A DNA stretch of 64,000 bases. It comes from Eledone cirrhosa. Lineage: Eukaryota. Under the pieces are notes generated by a model. It made no database searches and was not told the DNA's origin. It saw only the letters and a program-made list of their open reading frames with translations. The DNA is taken from assembly GCA_964016885.1 (NCBI GenBank), contig OZ024742.1, positions 67,022,001 through 67,086,000 of the forward strand, read 5' to 3'. Positions within the stretch are counted from its first letter, which is position 1; each line of letters opens with the position of its first letter. Positions 44,386 to 59,233 of this stretch are shown piece after piece. The position numbers and the translations under genes were made by a program.

Positions 44386-45990
44386 ATCGAACCAACATAT
44401 ATATAGTAGTGGCATTAAATCAGAACAACAACAACAATACTAACAATGATAGAAATAAATTAGTTGAAATAATCACATCAATCTAAGTAAGACATAGAGT
44501 ATACTTATGACTTTAGCATGTAAAACGAGCTGATATGAGGCAGATGTATGAAATTGACATATAAAAGCTGTCATGGGGTGTATTATATATAGTGTAGAGA
44601 TAGGCTGGGGCTTTAAACAATGTGCCATTTCCTTTACCGTAGGTTTGCTGATCGTAAGAATTATTTATTATCTGGCAGATAATAATTTTCATTGTAGTGA
44701 GGATAGTAATTTTTATGTGGTGTAAAGCGGATTCAATATTTAAGTGGTCTATATTAGATGAAGGGATTGTTAGTTCGAATCATGGGATTGTTTAGCTTTA
44801 CATCATCGATAACATGCATGTATAAGATAACACCAACAGAGTAGCAATATAATAGGCAAGTTAATACAGAGGTTAAGGAAGCAATATATATATATATAGA
44901 GAAAACATGCTGACTACAATTATAACAACAGGAGGAAGGTGATGTTTTACGGACTGTGGTAGTATTCTAATAATGTACTTGGATTTAGGTTCATCTCTTG
45001 AGAATCAAGGGTGAGGAAGTTGTGGTGACAGCAGCTGAGAAGAGATATATGTATGGGTTGATAAGATAATTGCAAACATTACTGTGGTATAGAATTAAGG
45101 AGGCTAGAAGCTGCTTAACGAATATTATAGACTGTGGTGGTCTGTGTGAGAGTGTGGATTTCATATGTTAAATGCTCAGTTCAGCATTTAACATATGAAA
45201 TCCACACTCTCACACAGACCACCACAGTCTATAATATTCGTTAAGCAGCTTCTAGCCTCCTTAATTCTATACCACAGTAATGTTTGCAATTATCTTATCA
45301 ACCCATACATATATCTCTTCTCAGCTGCTGTCACCACAACTTCCTCACCCTTGATTCTCAACAGATGAACCTAAATCCAAGTACATTATTAGAATACTAC
45401 CACAGTCCGTAAAACATCACCATCCTCCTGTTGTTATAATTGTAGTCAGCATGTTTTCTCTCTATATATATATATTGCTTCCTTAACCTCTGTATTAACT
45501 TGCCTATTATATTGCTACTCTGTTGGTGTTATCTTATACATGCATGTTATTGATGATGTAAAGCTAAACAATCCCATGATTCGAACTAACAATCCCTTCA
45601 TCTAATATAGACCACTTAAATATTGAATCCGCTTTACACCACATAAAAATTACTATCCTCACTACAATGAAAATTATTATCTGCCAGATAATAAATAATT
45701 CTTACGATCAGCAAACCTACGGCAAAGGAAATGGCACATTGTTTAAAGCCCCAGCCTATCTCTACACTATATATAATACACCCCATGACAGCTTTTATAT
45801 GTCAATTTCATACATCTGCCTCATATCAGCTCGTTTTACATGCTAAAGTCATAAGTATACTCTATGTCTTACTTAGATTGATGTGATTATTTCAACTAAT
45901 TTATTTCTATCATTGTTAGTATTGTTGTTGTTGTTCTGATTTAATGCCACTACTATATATAGAAGCCATGCCTGTGTATTCCCTTCATTC

Positions 45991-46109
45991 TCGCAAGCTC
46001 TGATGAATTTACTGGTTATAACTATGTATTGGTGATCGATTGACGCAGAAACAGGCGGGTAGCGATATCTAGACCAACCAGTTCAGAGAAACAATTGTCA
46101 GCAATGTGA
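45991..46109 (+). ncRNA. Hammerhead in PLE pLTR (inverted copy 40790-40908)
   Basis: tcgca-a-gct CTGATGA ..actggtt...aaccagt.. GAAA caatt GTC agc-aa-tgtga. The base of stem II is decayed relative to the 23135 copy. Confidence 0.75.
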
Positions 46110-46159
46110 TTAAAGCGCTTATTGTATAGCAAATCGTGTCACATTTCTTTCTTCTTTCT

Positions 46160-46256
<97 letters not shown>

Positions 46257-46366
46257 TATGTATATATATATAAAACATATAAACATATATATTATGTGTG
46301 TATGTATATATGCGGGAACAGATCATGTATCTCTTTCTATCTTTCTCCCTTTCTCTCTATATATAC

Positions 46367-46448
<82 letters not shown>

Positions 46449-48188
46449 GTGTGTGTGTGTGTGTGTGTCTATGTGTGTGTGGGCGTGTGTATGTGTGTGT
46501 GTGTGTGTGTGTGTCTCTATGTGTGTGTGGGCGTGTGTGTGCGTGCATGTGTGTGTGTTTGTGTGTCTATGTGAGTGTGAGTATGTCTACATGTATGGTT
46601 TGGCTTAAAGCAAAATTAATTTATGAAAGTTGTATACTTTATGAATCTTCGGAATAATGATAAAATGAGAGAAATGTTTTTGTCAATTATGGAACCAGGA
46701 AAACTGTAATATATGAAGACAATTGCATTAAGTAATGAAAGCAACCATTTTAGGAAAATAGAAAGGAAAAAATACAAGATAGATAATACGTTACGAGGTA
46801 TAAAGTGGATATTTGTAAAACTAATAATATTATATCACAAGAACATTATAGAATTATAATTTTATTTTGAAAATTACATAGACTTTTTTGATTATGCCGG
46901 AAGTTTATAAACGTAATATGGAAATAGATGGATACGGTGGTATAATAGATAGGTGTCTAGTTTTGGTTGAATTTGATTTGAATATTATTTGTCAGGGTAA
47001 TTTTCCTTTTTAATATGGATTTATTTAACTGCTATTGAAGTGTGTTGTAAAATATAGAACGAAAATGAATTTCTGTAAATACCAATTTATAATTTTAAAA
47101 TTGTGGTGATAACGTATATGATAAGCGTTGCCAATATTCTATAAACTATGAAATGTTCAAACCCGGAAAGAGAACATCAGTAAATAACGATCTATATATT
47201 TATTGAAACGAACGGACTAAAAGGATATATAGAGACAAAGTTGAGTATAGGTTGTCTAACTATATCATACGAGTTAGAGGAAAAATAATATGAGGGGAAA
47301 ATATATTAGAATTATTAAATGAAGTGGCAGATGATATGCTGCTATAAGTTGTGCACCTATATTTATATCTTCTTCTCCATATTGTTCTTTGGACACCTAT
47401 TCCTGAGAGGGCCGTGGGGAAAAATCCTCAAACATTCATTCCGGTGGGTCAGTCAGAAATATCCGTTGACGAGATTGGCCTTCTAGAAAGAGATTCCTCT
47501 TAGAAATTTTCTCGGCTCCCTTTGAAAGCTTTGTGCAATTTAAAACACTTTATTTATCGATAAAGTGGCACATCCATAAGTTTCTTTTAAACAATATTTC
47601 AGTGGCACATCTGATGAGTTTCATACAAAATTAGATTGCGTACCCTTGTCCGATATATCCCTGCATCGTAAACATAACAAAGGTAATAAACACTTCTCTA
47701 CATAAACAGTAACAACTCACGTCTGATTAAATCAATCATGTTGAAACAAATATGGACGTGCAGACAAAATAACAACCAATACACCTATGTACATCAACGA
47801 GATACTTCGGTATCATGGCGTACATAGGAAAATTAGTTCTTTTAGTTCTATGAGAAAGCTCATATAATTATATACCCTTTTGCATGAATATTTACCGGTC
47901 GTCTGCTCCTCCATAACTTTAGGATATGCTTTAAGTATTATGCAACATTCTTTATATATTATTTCCATATTTTGTAAATACTGTATTTGATATTCATATT
48001 CAGTTACTCCGCCAAAGAAAGATTGCTGTTATACATCAGACCGTTGAATAAACTTGTTCTATATTTCTGTGAGTAGACGATACAGCACGGATGTATCACC
48101 CTTGGACATATGTCTGATACGCACACACATACACAAACACTCGAACACACGCATACACACACACACACACATACACACACACACACAT

Positions 48189-48260
<72 letters not shown>

Positions 48261-48441
48261 CGGAATAACAGAAAACAAATATCAGACAAACGCAGGTGCG
48301 AATGTTACTAATATTACTAGTTTCACGCTTGGTGAGAGTTGAGGGTGTGGTTGCAACGTTTCGGGCCTAAGCAATTCATAGGGAGAGGCGAGGGGGGAGG
48401 CCTCCGAGAAGGAATGAGGGGGGAGTTAATGAGATAAAATA

Positions 48442-48480
<39 letters not shown>

Positions 48481-48482
<2 letters not shown>

Positions 48483-49549
48483 TAGCAGAGAATGTCTGTC
48501 TGTCCCCCTAAAACTCGAGAACCACCCAACCGTCTTTTTTCAAACTTTACACATGTAATACTTATGGTCCTGTGAGTGTTTTGAGCAAAATATATTTCAT
48601 ATTTTCAATGCCCTTGCGACAGCATTAGGCGAAAAACCGCATATTTTAGGATTTAAAGGCCTTTTTGAGGCAAAAAGGAACAACAATCCAGGCGAATTCT
48701 TCAAAGTTTGCATTACATATGTCGCTTAAAGTATTTTGAGCAAAATAGATTTTCTAATTTTTTTACCCAGGGACCAGATTAGGCGAAAAACCGACTTTTT
48801 AAAGCATTTTGGTTGCGTTAGGGCCTGTAACTCGAGAAGTACCCAAACGATTGTTTAAAACTTTACATATGCATTACTTATGTTTCACAAATCTTCTTGA
48901 CTGAAAAATGTTTCAAATGTTTGCCCGGGGAACGCATTGTTTAACATTTTGGTTGCGTTAGGGCCTGTAACCTTAAAAGTATCCAACTAAAGTCCTTCAT
49001 GCTCTCCACCACTGCAGTCCCACATGCTTACTGCTATTGCTTTCATTGTACCATAGCACAACAAATTCATGTTCGTTTTGTCGAATGCCTTTTTACTTAA
49101 CCCGATCGTCTTGGCTTCGGTGAGTTGAAAATGTTACTCTCAGGCACCCAATTAAGTTAAATCCCTGGTAATCAACGACGAATCTTTTTATGAGCACAAA
49201 ATGTAGACATCATCCTCAGGCCGAGGTATTCCATACTTCTCTGTACTGTTTCAGAAAGATGGGATAAACATGCCAATCCAACGCCGGGCCATTCTGCTTT
49301 GCTCGGGATTCTAAACATAGATTGGCATGTTTATCCCTCCTTTCTGAAATAGTACAGAGAAGTCCGGAATACCTTGGCCTGGGGATGGTGTCTACATTTT
49401 GTGCGTATAAAAAAGATTCGTCGCTGATTACAAGGGGTTTAACTTAATTGGGTGGCTGAGAGTAAAATGTTGAACTCACGAAGCCAAAACGATCGGGTTA
49501 AGTAAAAAGGCATTCGACAAAACGAACATGTATTAGTTGTGCTATGGTA
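48481..49549 (+). mobile_element. Non-autonomous Helitron-like element with terminal fold-back duplication
   Basis: 5' tatatatagcagagaatgtctgtctgtc...aactcgagaac, internal direct repeats and 3' caacgccgggccattctgct (no intact CTAG). 49049-49278 is inverted at 49320-49549. Confidence 0.55.
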
Positions 49550-49748
49550 GATATATATATATATATATACCGATACACACACATAACGAAAATTCTAGAT
49601 ATGTATTTGCGTATATACATGTTTTTTTATATATGTCTATATATTATAAACACCCAATTTACTTCCTATGACTTTCTGTCTGTCTCACACAGGATGCGTG
49701 TATCTCTGTCTCACAATGATGAGGTCCTTTTTTCATTATATTGCTTCC

Positions 49749-49843
49749 TTTGCCTTTCATCCTTACGGGGTCGATAAAATAAAGTAGCAGTACTGCACTG
49801 GCTAATTGCTGGCCTTGTGCCAAAAAGTAGAAACAATTATATT
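49749..49843 (+). mobile_element. 5'-truncated SINE
   Basis: tttgcctttcatccttacggggtcgataaaataaag...ccttgtgccaaaaagtagaaacaatt. Confidence 0.85.
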
Positions 49844-52800
49844 GCTCCCATTTATTTCTCAAACTCACATAGATTTTTTCATAACCACACACACATATGT
49901 GCACTTATTGTTAGATTTCTCTCAAATTCTCTTGTTCCATCTCAATCTTTCACTTCTTATATTTTAGTATCAAGGCTAAAAGGCAGGAGCAGAGAAATAT
50001 TTCAATTATAGCAAATATTTCTCTCTGCAGCTTAAGAATAGTTTGTATCAAACTGTACACACATATACGCACGCCCAGGCAAGCTAACAGGCACAGGTAA
50101 GCACTTTTAGATTTACGAATGTAGACACGCATTCATACACACACTCACGCATCTAGAGAAAAAAAGCATAGTATATTAATTCAGATAACCCTACAGACAA
50201 AGGCATACACTTAAACACATATACATATACAAAATGGTACATATAGATATGCACACGCATAGTACTTTATGATACATACGGATGAAAACACATACTTTAT
50301 GATACATACGAATCAAAACACATATGCAGTCTGATACATACACGGTCATTCTCATGAATACATTCACACACATATAGATACATATCCGGAGGCAACAAAA
50401 CAAAATGCAAATGCATGTATAGACATTTCCACGCACAAATCATGCACAATAACACGAAAAAAACACCGGCAAGCATTCCTATGCACCCCTCCCACACACA
50501 CATATATATACACAATTACAAACAGCCGCAAAACCTCCATAAACAAGGTATAACCAGCATTAGAAAGTTATAAAACAGAAACCAAACACTTGGAATATTA
50601 ACAAAAGTAATCAATTCGATACAATAAAAAGAAAATCATCCAAAAGAAGAAAAAGGTATAATAGTAGAAATATGCCCTACATGAGGAGAAGATAATAAAC
50701 ACAAGGTTTGTATTTGACCCCTTCGGGACTGGGGATATCTAAAGATGTAATGTATTCCTTTTTCATATCGTAATTTGTCTTTTATATTAGCGTTTGATTT
50801 TATTGGTTGCCAAACTGCAATATTCCAAGGTTTCTTAATCCACACAGCACAGAAGAACTTTGGTAATATATTGAAGGAAGAAACCCTTCAGGAATAAACA
50901 GATTATTTCTATTGTTTGAGTCAACATTTGTGGTTTATAATATATTCTGAATGAACATTAAATATGCAGTATGTTTATATAAAGTTGGAATGTGTTGATA
51001 TAACATGCCATGTAATTGCGAAAACATTTTGGATATCGCCACAAAGAACATGTATATGATGGCAGTAAAACATATTGTACCTAGTGTCGATAAGATCTTT
51101 TACAGAATTTGCGCAAAATATTCTGGAATTAAAATTATTGAAGTCTATTTTCTACTGATAGTAAGGCGTATACCGATGTTTACATCGGAATGACAATGTA
51201 AATATGTGAACATATCTATATAGAATGTAATAATATCATCAGTAGAAAGTGTATGTTTGTAGTCAGTAGTAGAGTGTGTCTAATGAGCAAATGCCTGTTT
51301 GATATTCATCGATTCCATCGACGAAGTCACCATTTCTTCCAACAGCAGAAGAGCATACTTGTTCAATTAATGTGAATAGGATGATCATTCACAAGACATG
51401 TATAATTTTCATGCAGCTCTAGATTATTTCAGATTATTCATCCCCTATCTTTACCATGCCATAGCCGCAAATATTTCGTAATGTATAAGAACATTTTCAG
51501 AGCACGTTTCATAAAAATAGAACAGTGTCACTGCTCAAATTGATGCCGTAAATCTTGTTTTAGATTGCACACGTACTCACATTATATATATTTAAGCAAT
51601 GGGAAAGTTTTAAACGTTGAGATATATAAAATTCGGTGTCATTCCGATGAATGCCATTTTGCTTTCTCCCGGATTTCTATTAAAGAAATTTGTTCCCCCA
51701 CCTTTTTTTAATTTCTGCCGTAGAAGTACATATTTCTTGTTCCGTGTACACTAATGGATGAAATTTCAAATCTACTTGCAATTTGATATTGTTAATCATC
51801 AAGCAAATTTGGGATTTTAGCAGTTAGTAGCAAAACAAAAGGTTTTCATAAATATATCAAAGTATTAAGCGTTACCTGAATTCGAAACTGTATCCAATCA
51901 TTTACATTTAACAGTAACATATTATGTTTGATGCAATATATGAAAGGAAAATTATTTGATAGATGCGAAACGGTCGGGAAATGACTGTCCTCTTCCCATA
52001 ATACTTTACCATGTGATTTAAACAGACGTACTTGCACAATTTAATCCAAAATAATTTATAGTAAGACTAGGGCAAAAAATAAAAATGTTATTGCAACATT
52101 AATTTGGGATATAGATATTCTCAATGAGAGCCGTCATAAGGATAAACTACAAAAAGATTTAACAAATGGTGACAGCTTTATCCATGGTAGCGAAGAGAAA
52201 ATAACGGAGGAAATTCTAGTAAGTCAATAACATGCTAGAAATGAAACCGAATATGTTTTGAAATCTCTTATGTAAATCTTAAGTAATTTTATTTATGGAA
52301 TATATCACGTAAATACAGTTTAATAGAAATAGAAAAATGACATAAAATCTAGATTGAGAAGAATGGAAAATAAAATAGGAAAATATAAAAAAAAAACAGG
52401 AAAAGAAAAAGTACGGGAAAGGAAGGGAATGGCAAGATTTCTAGTGTCACAGAGGTATGAGGAGGGGAGAGGATAATTGGGCTCTGGGCCTAGGGTGCGG
52501 TACTAAAGGAACAAGACCGCAAAAGCATTCCCGCCGACAATGATTAGCTACACCCACTGCAAAAGCCACCCCACCTCGCGGGGCTCCTTCTTTACACGGG
52601 CCGCCTATGTATTGCGGAGGAACACGAATGTATGCGGCAACCGGTGCGAAGAGGACGGACAATCCCCAGTATATTTTTTAATCTTCCTTTCCACTGCACG
52701 CAGGCCGCAGTACCAGGCTTTGTGGCGGAAACAACTAAGTTGGAGGCGGAGAATGTGTAACAACAGGTGGTGTCCTAGACGAGGCATCTACCTCCTTCGA

Positions 52801-55800
52801 ATGAAAAGAGAGTGATCCCATTGGGACGCTTGCTAGAAATTGTAATTTACTCTCCATTAAAGAATCGCATATTTAACATCATAATGCCTGATGTATAATT
52901 TATACGTGACACCATGTCCATATGAAATCAATGTTAATGAAATTACAGATTTACGTGAAACAAAATCCACATACAAAATAAGTGATGACTTCTATAACAA
53001 AGATTTGGGCTTGACCACCGAAGAAAGTAATTATCACAAATCATCGCAATTCCAACTTTTAATATACGACTTTTAAACTATAGAGAGGAAAATAACTTTA
53101 TAACAAGAGGGTGCCATAGGGAGGAACTGGAAGAATCAATATGATGGATTTAGTTCTGTTCTATCGACAATATTCGACGTATCTCCAATAGTCATAAACC
53201 TACCAGTTTGTGTTAAGCTGTTTTGTTGTATTTGTGTTGATTTCTAACAAGCCAGTTTGCTGGCTCTGCCATGCCTGTAGAGTTTATTCGGAAATTGTTG
53301 TACTAAATTTCGCAATATCAGACCAATCACTTTACAGAAACGCTCCTATTTCCAGTCTTGAATGTCCTACAGAAAAGAATATGCTGATTATTCTCCTTGA
53401 AGATACGAAAATCTTCCGGTCATCTAAAGCAAAATAAATTAGCCATTGCTCCGTCCGATTTAAGAGCATGCCCTTTGGTGGGCTCCTCCATTCTCACTCA
53501 CATATAAATCAACTGACACATCTGGAAAAACGTCTTATTTGCAGAGCTCCGCCACACCTTATAGTGCAGAGATTCCGAACCCAGCGATTAAGACTTTCTT
53601 CAACATCTTTTTGCATGTGCTGAACTCGATTATTTGCAGAGAAAGAGTGGAGAGACATCGCAATTCTCTGTCTCTAGTTTGCCAATTCTTGTATAAACTT
53701 TGTATAATTTATATAATAAGCTAATATTCGTACATATTTGAAGATTGTTGGGGCGATTAATTGGACCCTAATATTTGATGTAATCATAATACATTATTCC
53801 GCAAGGTTTAAAGACCGAATATGCATGTACATAAATTAATACTGCAAATAATTGATCCTGGTACTTTAGATGCGATTGCTGTTTAAATATATAAATTTGT
53901 TACGTATTTCGAGGATAATGCTATCAAACACATCCCATGAACAGCTTATTAATAATTTAACCGTTCGAGTAGTAAACTACTTTTTAAAAAAAAGTCCTTT
54001 CTTGTGGCATTATCCATAACAATTGTCCTCTCTGCTTCCTCTCTCTCAACACTTACTCCGTTGTTTCTGCTTGACGGTCAATAGACAATCCATATAAAGT
54101 TTTGATGATCTCTCCACTTCAAAAAGAGCAAATATAATTTCTTACTCGTTCAAAACGTATTCCGAATGGAATGAGTGGGGTTTTCTGAGGTAAGTAACCA
54201 TTTAACACACACAACAACAAAAAACAAAAAAAAAACATTCATTGTAGATTCCAGCACATACAAACTTCAAAGGAACTTTTCAGGCTTTAAACACAATACA
54301 ATATATCAATTACTTCGACAATTGAAGAAACTTCAGTACGTGTCTGTGATTTTTGTTATGCGAGTAAACTGGATTTGAACTCGGGGGGCGAAGGTGAAAT
54401 TAGAATTTAGTCTAGCAATTATTCATTTGTTCTATTTACGGTATCATGGTAGTTGTTTCTTCCATTACTTATACCACAGCATATAACCAATATTCATTAT
54501 GTGTCTTTGAAGAATTGGATCTAATAACATAGAAGATCAAAACTAATTACTGTATTATATTTGGGAGAAATTTTTAATCTATCGGCTTTTATTACAAATA
54601 CAGAATTACTACTTTTCCATCATATCAACATTGTTAATCTGTTTAATTACTGAGTTAAAATCAACAAAATCAGCTTAAGCTAAACTGCAAGCCGTCTAAT
54701 TAATTAACAATAACCCAATTACGAAAATAATGGTTCAAACATTTTTGTTTCAGTTTTATATTATTATGAGATTTTCGTGGTATATTTCAAGGTATTCTTG
54801 TATTATCATTTACTGACCTGACATCCAGAATGAGATTGATACACAGAGGTGCATAGATCATTAGGGAACAAATACACTGATTAACATAAATTCTTGTCAC
54901 CGAATTATGTATCATTATAGATAATATAGTGGGAAAATACGTTTATCTCGTGGCTCATCATTATATGAAATTATACACCCAAAGGTGAAACGTTCTTCTA
55001 TAATATAAAGATTCTCTGTGGAAGCTAACGTTTCTATCACGATTATAGCAATACATATTTTTATACTCAGAATGTATTTTGAAACAACAACATAAAGGCC
55101 TGCTTGTGTATTCATAAATATATAAAATAAATATAAACATCCATATATTCTTTATATCCGAACATGAAGTAACAGTTGAAAATCCACCACCAGTTATTGA
55201 ATTACCATGGACTTAGCAAAATTCAATGCAAATGTATAACAATAATAGCGAACAGAATGATAATTTGTAATGTTCACAATGAAAGAGCGGCACAAATCTC
55301 TTTACGAATCCAGTGAGATCCAGAGAATTAATCATCATCAACCACATCATCGTTTAACATCCATCGTCCACGCTAGGAACATATCAATCAGCTAGAAGGT
55401 GCCAACAGCAATATAAATAAAGAGATATAAATATCCAAAGAAATTGCGTTTTACCTATGCAGGAAGGGCACACTAGTTAGTGTAGACTTGAGAAGCAGAG
55501 ACATATAAGTGCAACATGAAGCAGGCAGACGAATGCGTCAGCTGAACATTTTTAGCTAAATAAAGCGAAGAGTTTCTCATTACTCTCTCGCAGAAGGATT
55601 AAAATAACCAGAAGCAGACCAGAACACAAATACAAAAATACAATTGATTCAGAAACTCGAAATCACTGGCAACAATCAAACCTTGAGGTCTAGGTTTGCT
55701 AGCAATATAGCCAACTAAAATCTCTCACAAAGCGAGTGTATATATAATCTGTGACTGACTAATTGTTCACATTGATAGCAATGTCATTTTGCAAATGAAT

Positions 55801-56602
55801 CATTAATCCCATTGTGCTGCATAACTGTAAAGAGAAATCACAGGTAATACTGATTATAAGGTGATGGAAATAATCCTGCTTTTGTCTTTAGTCAAATACG
55901 TTTTATTTTACACAAATGAGACAATAAATATAAATACAGGTGTAACATCAAGTTCTATGTTAAGCTGTGTTATGCTGTTTTCCGTTTCCAAGACGTCGAT
56001 AAATATTACCTTTCTTGCAAAATCTCAAATATGTCTAGCCTTTCCCACTACAATTAAATTCCATCAATCAATTAATCAATACATACATACATATATATAT
56101 TAAAGTAAGTTTAGAAAAACCCATTTTATGAGAGAAATCAAGATAGACAAAACACTCGCGGATATATAGACACTGGTGGACTGGCCAGGTTGCCAGGTTG
56201 CCCAATGGCATGTGGGCCCCTTGGGGCACACTTGTGCATTGCAGAGCCCACTGTAGTATTTTAGGGGCCAATGCTTAGCTTTCAAAACATATCTGATGTC
56301 TGAGAGAAAGAATAACATGTTTTTAAAATAAATTAAACTATTAAGTAAAGGATTTGGTCAACCACTTCCCCGGGGAATTAATAGAAACCAAAATATATGA
56401 TAGTGCAAACAGCTGGCATCAGTGGTTGTACATTCTACTAAATCTAAAGCTTAATGTTTTCATGCATACAAACATACGTATATAGACACACGCACAGAGA
56501 AGCATATACATATATATATATGTATATATATATATTCAGAAGATCCCGTTAAGTGTGAAAGCAGCGATTATTTGCTTAAACTTTAATCTGTTATTTTAAT
56601 TT

Positions 56603-56656
<54 letters not shown>

Positions 56657-56658
<2 letters not shown>

Positions 56659-56743
56659 AACAAGTATTACCCACTCTACTACTCTAAGTATTGAGTACTT
56701 TGGTGCGTTTTGGTCCACCTGGTTCCTTACCACATTTCCTTCG

Positions 56744-56744
<1 letters not shown>
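56657..56744. mobile_element. 88-bp PLE end fragment inside (TA)n
   Basis: The first 16 bp match 63319-63334 and the last 24 bp match the orphan insert at 23357-23380. Contains TACTC-taagtatt-GAGTAC. Confidence 0.65.
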
Positions 56745-56816
<72 letters not shown>

Positions 56817-56841
56817 TATATAAATATATATATATATATAC

Positions 56842-56933
<92 letters not shown>

Positions 56934-58060
56934 ATATTGAGTGAGGGTGAAAGGCATAAGGTCATTATTGAAAGTCTCTGGATTTTGCAAAATACATAAT
57001 ATTTTTTATTGGCGAATGTAAGATATTTTTCAAAAAATTTGATTGCACTGTTTTGTTTACACTCATGTTTCTTTTGAAAATGCTATTTATTCATTATAAA
57101 AATGAAATGATAGCATTCTATATGAAGGTGTGCCCCCTTCATCTCCTGGCAACCAATATTTTTAGACCCAGTTCGCCAGTGTATATAGATCTCCGATCAT
57201 GGCTTCATATGGCGAAGAATTTGTCGGATATTCCACTAATTGTGTACAACAGAGCAGGTATAATGTTTATTGCTGAAAATGTGTCTTTTTTGTGCGTAAT
57301 ATATTTCATTCAACGATTGAATTCATCGTGGAAATTTCCATCTTTATATCAACTAGAATATGTTAAGAGTGTGCAACGGTTTAGCAGCATTTGTAAATAT
57401 TGGATATTTGGCAGTCACAAACCATCGAAAGGGGAGTTATGAAATGAAATTGGAGTTAACTAAAACATAAAACGGAACAGGGGCTCAGTGAGGTTGGCTC
57501 CAATTCCAGGTGCACATTTGAATTGCATCCCAACTTTTACTGATTTTTTTATTTCTACGGTAGTAAATAAGGAAGTAATTACACTTGCCTAGCATTCTGC
57601 TCTAGCAAACATGAAATGTAAGTGAATTCAGAAATGTTTCGATATTCGTGTCATACGCACTCTAACAATTTTGCTATGGTGATCTTCTGTTTTTGACAGT
57701 TTATTTAACGAAAAGGTTTTCGGTATGCAGCCACAGCAAAATCGCATCTATCTATCTACTACTCATATGTCAATACCTTATCTGATCACAATGGCCTAGT
57801 AGAAGCTGGTTGATATGACATATAGAAAGTGTATACGTTATGTTTACTCAAGCAATAAGCTAAGAGTTTTCTGTGAAGTGAATATTTTCATTCTTGAATA
57901 CAGAATTTCATTGAACTAAGCAAGAGTAGTATGTGAAACTGGCCATCCATAATTTATATGATTATATTTATGTATGTATTCATCTACGTATGAATTTATG
58001 TAGAAGGGCACACACCATACACAGAGACACACACAATGTATCTCTCTGTCACATAAACCA

Positions 58061-58100
<40 letters not shown>

Positions 58101-58138
58101 GAAGTATAAGAATCAAAGAACTGTTCAAAACATTATTG

Positions 58139-58185
58139 TGCTTACAGCTGTTTCCTCCAAACCGAGGTTTGGATTCTTCGGAGCA
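58139..58185 (-). ncRNA. Hammerhead variant (CCGAAGA core) next to (TA)n
   Basis: tgct CCGAAGA a-tccaaac-ctcg-gtttgga-g GAAA cagct GTA agca, with palindromic stem III. Confidence 0.7.
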
Positions 58186-58545
58186 ATTTATTAATGCATG
58201 GACAGTTATATGACCTCCTTTTCAGCCGAGAGACATACCAATACATATTCAAACATTGATACATATTCAAACATTGTGGGTCAACATTCATTACAGAATT
58301 TAGAGTGGCAGTACACACTTCGAGATTACATTTATATTAATAGGTACAATCAAAAATCAAAGATATAGGTTAAAGTACAACATGAAGATAAGTGGTTATA
58401 TAGTGCAAATGTTATATGTGTGGCACGCATGTGCGTCTTGTTTATATAGTGTGGCAGAGAGATATGTGTGGTAGAGGCACTTAGGTAGATAACCATAAAT
58501 AGTATAACTAATACTATATATACATATATATATATATATATATTA

Positions 58546-58584
<39 letters not shown>

Positions 58585-58640
58585 TACGTATATACATGTA
58601 TATATACATACGTATATACATGTATATATATATACATATA

Positions 58641-58690
<50 letters not shown>

Positions 58691-58692
58691 TG

Positions 58693-58756
<64 letters not shown>

Positions 58757-58993
58757 GGTATACACATGTATATATATATATACATATAGACACATATATA
58801 TATATATATAGAACTCTGCCCTATATATGTGTGTATATATATTTTTTTATTTTTTCGTATATGTTGGTTGTTTACCGACACCTCAGTATATAGATCGGAG
58901 CACTCGGCGTAGTGCGCAGGTCGGTTTCGTTACTCCGGAGTAATGTAGAATAAAATAAATAAGTTAAATATTTAAAATTTGGCTTCGTTTATT

Positions 58994-59048
58994 ACTGCTA
59001 TATAAATTTCGGTGACAGCCATCTTTGGCTGTGACCTCTTCAGGCAGT
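58994..59048 (-). ncRNA. Type I hammerhead ribozyme (AUA site) in TA-flanked insert 58811-59236
   Basis: actgc CTGAAGA ggt-c-acagcca aaga tggctgt-c-acc GAAA tttat ATA gcagt. Confidence 0.8.
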
Positions 59049-59233
59049 CCGGACTGGTGTGGTAGAGACAGATACACCTGTTGCTGAGGTCTTTAACTCC
59101 GTCAATACTCCGATATGCCCAATTCCTAGTTGGGTTGTTAATTCTCTGAGGAATCATATGATTCCAGTTCCTCAGAGAAATAACAACCCAACTCCGTCAA
59201 TACTCCTTCTCTTTTCCTCACACACAACTCTGT

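Larger units (their letters stand above)
40571..46162. mobile_element. Penelope-like retroelement composite: inverted 3' arm, RT/GIY-YIG body and pLTR with internal palindrome, in (TA)n
   Basis: 40571-42245 is antisense (pLTR plus GIY-YIG). 42246-44397 is the sense ORF. 44398-45178 is antisense pLTR and 45181-46162 is sense pLTR. Confidence 0.92.

Noticed and set aside
52563-52640. HDV-like ribozyme suggested by ccc-acctcgc-ggg
   Set aside because: No P1, P1.1 or P2 pairing could be completed.
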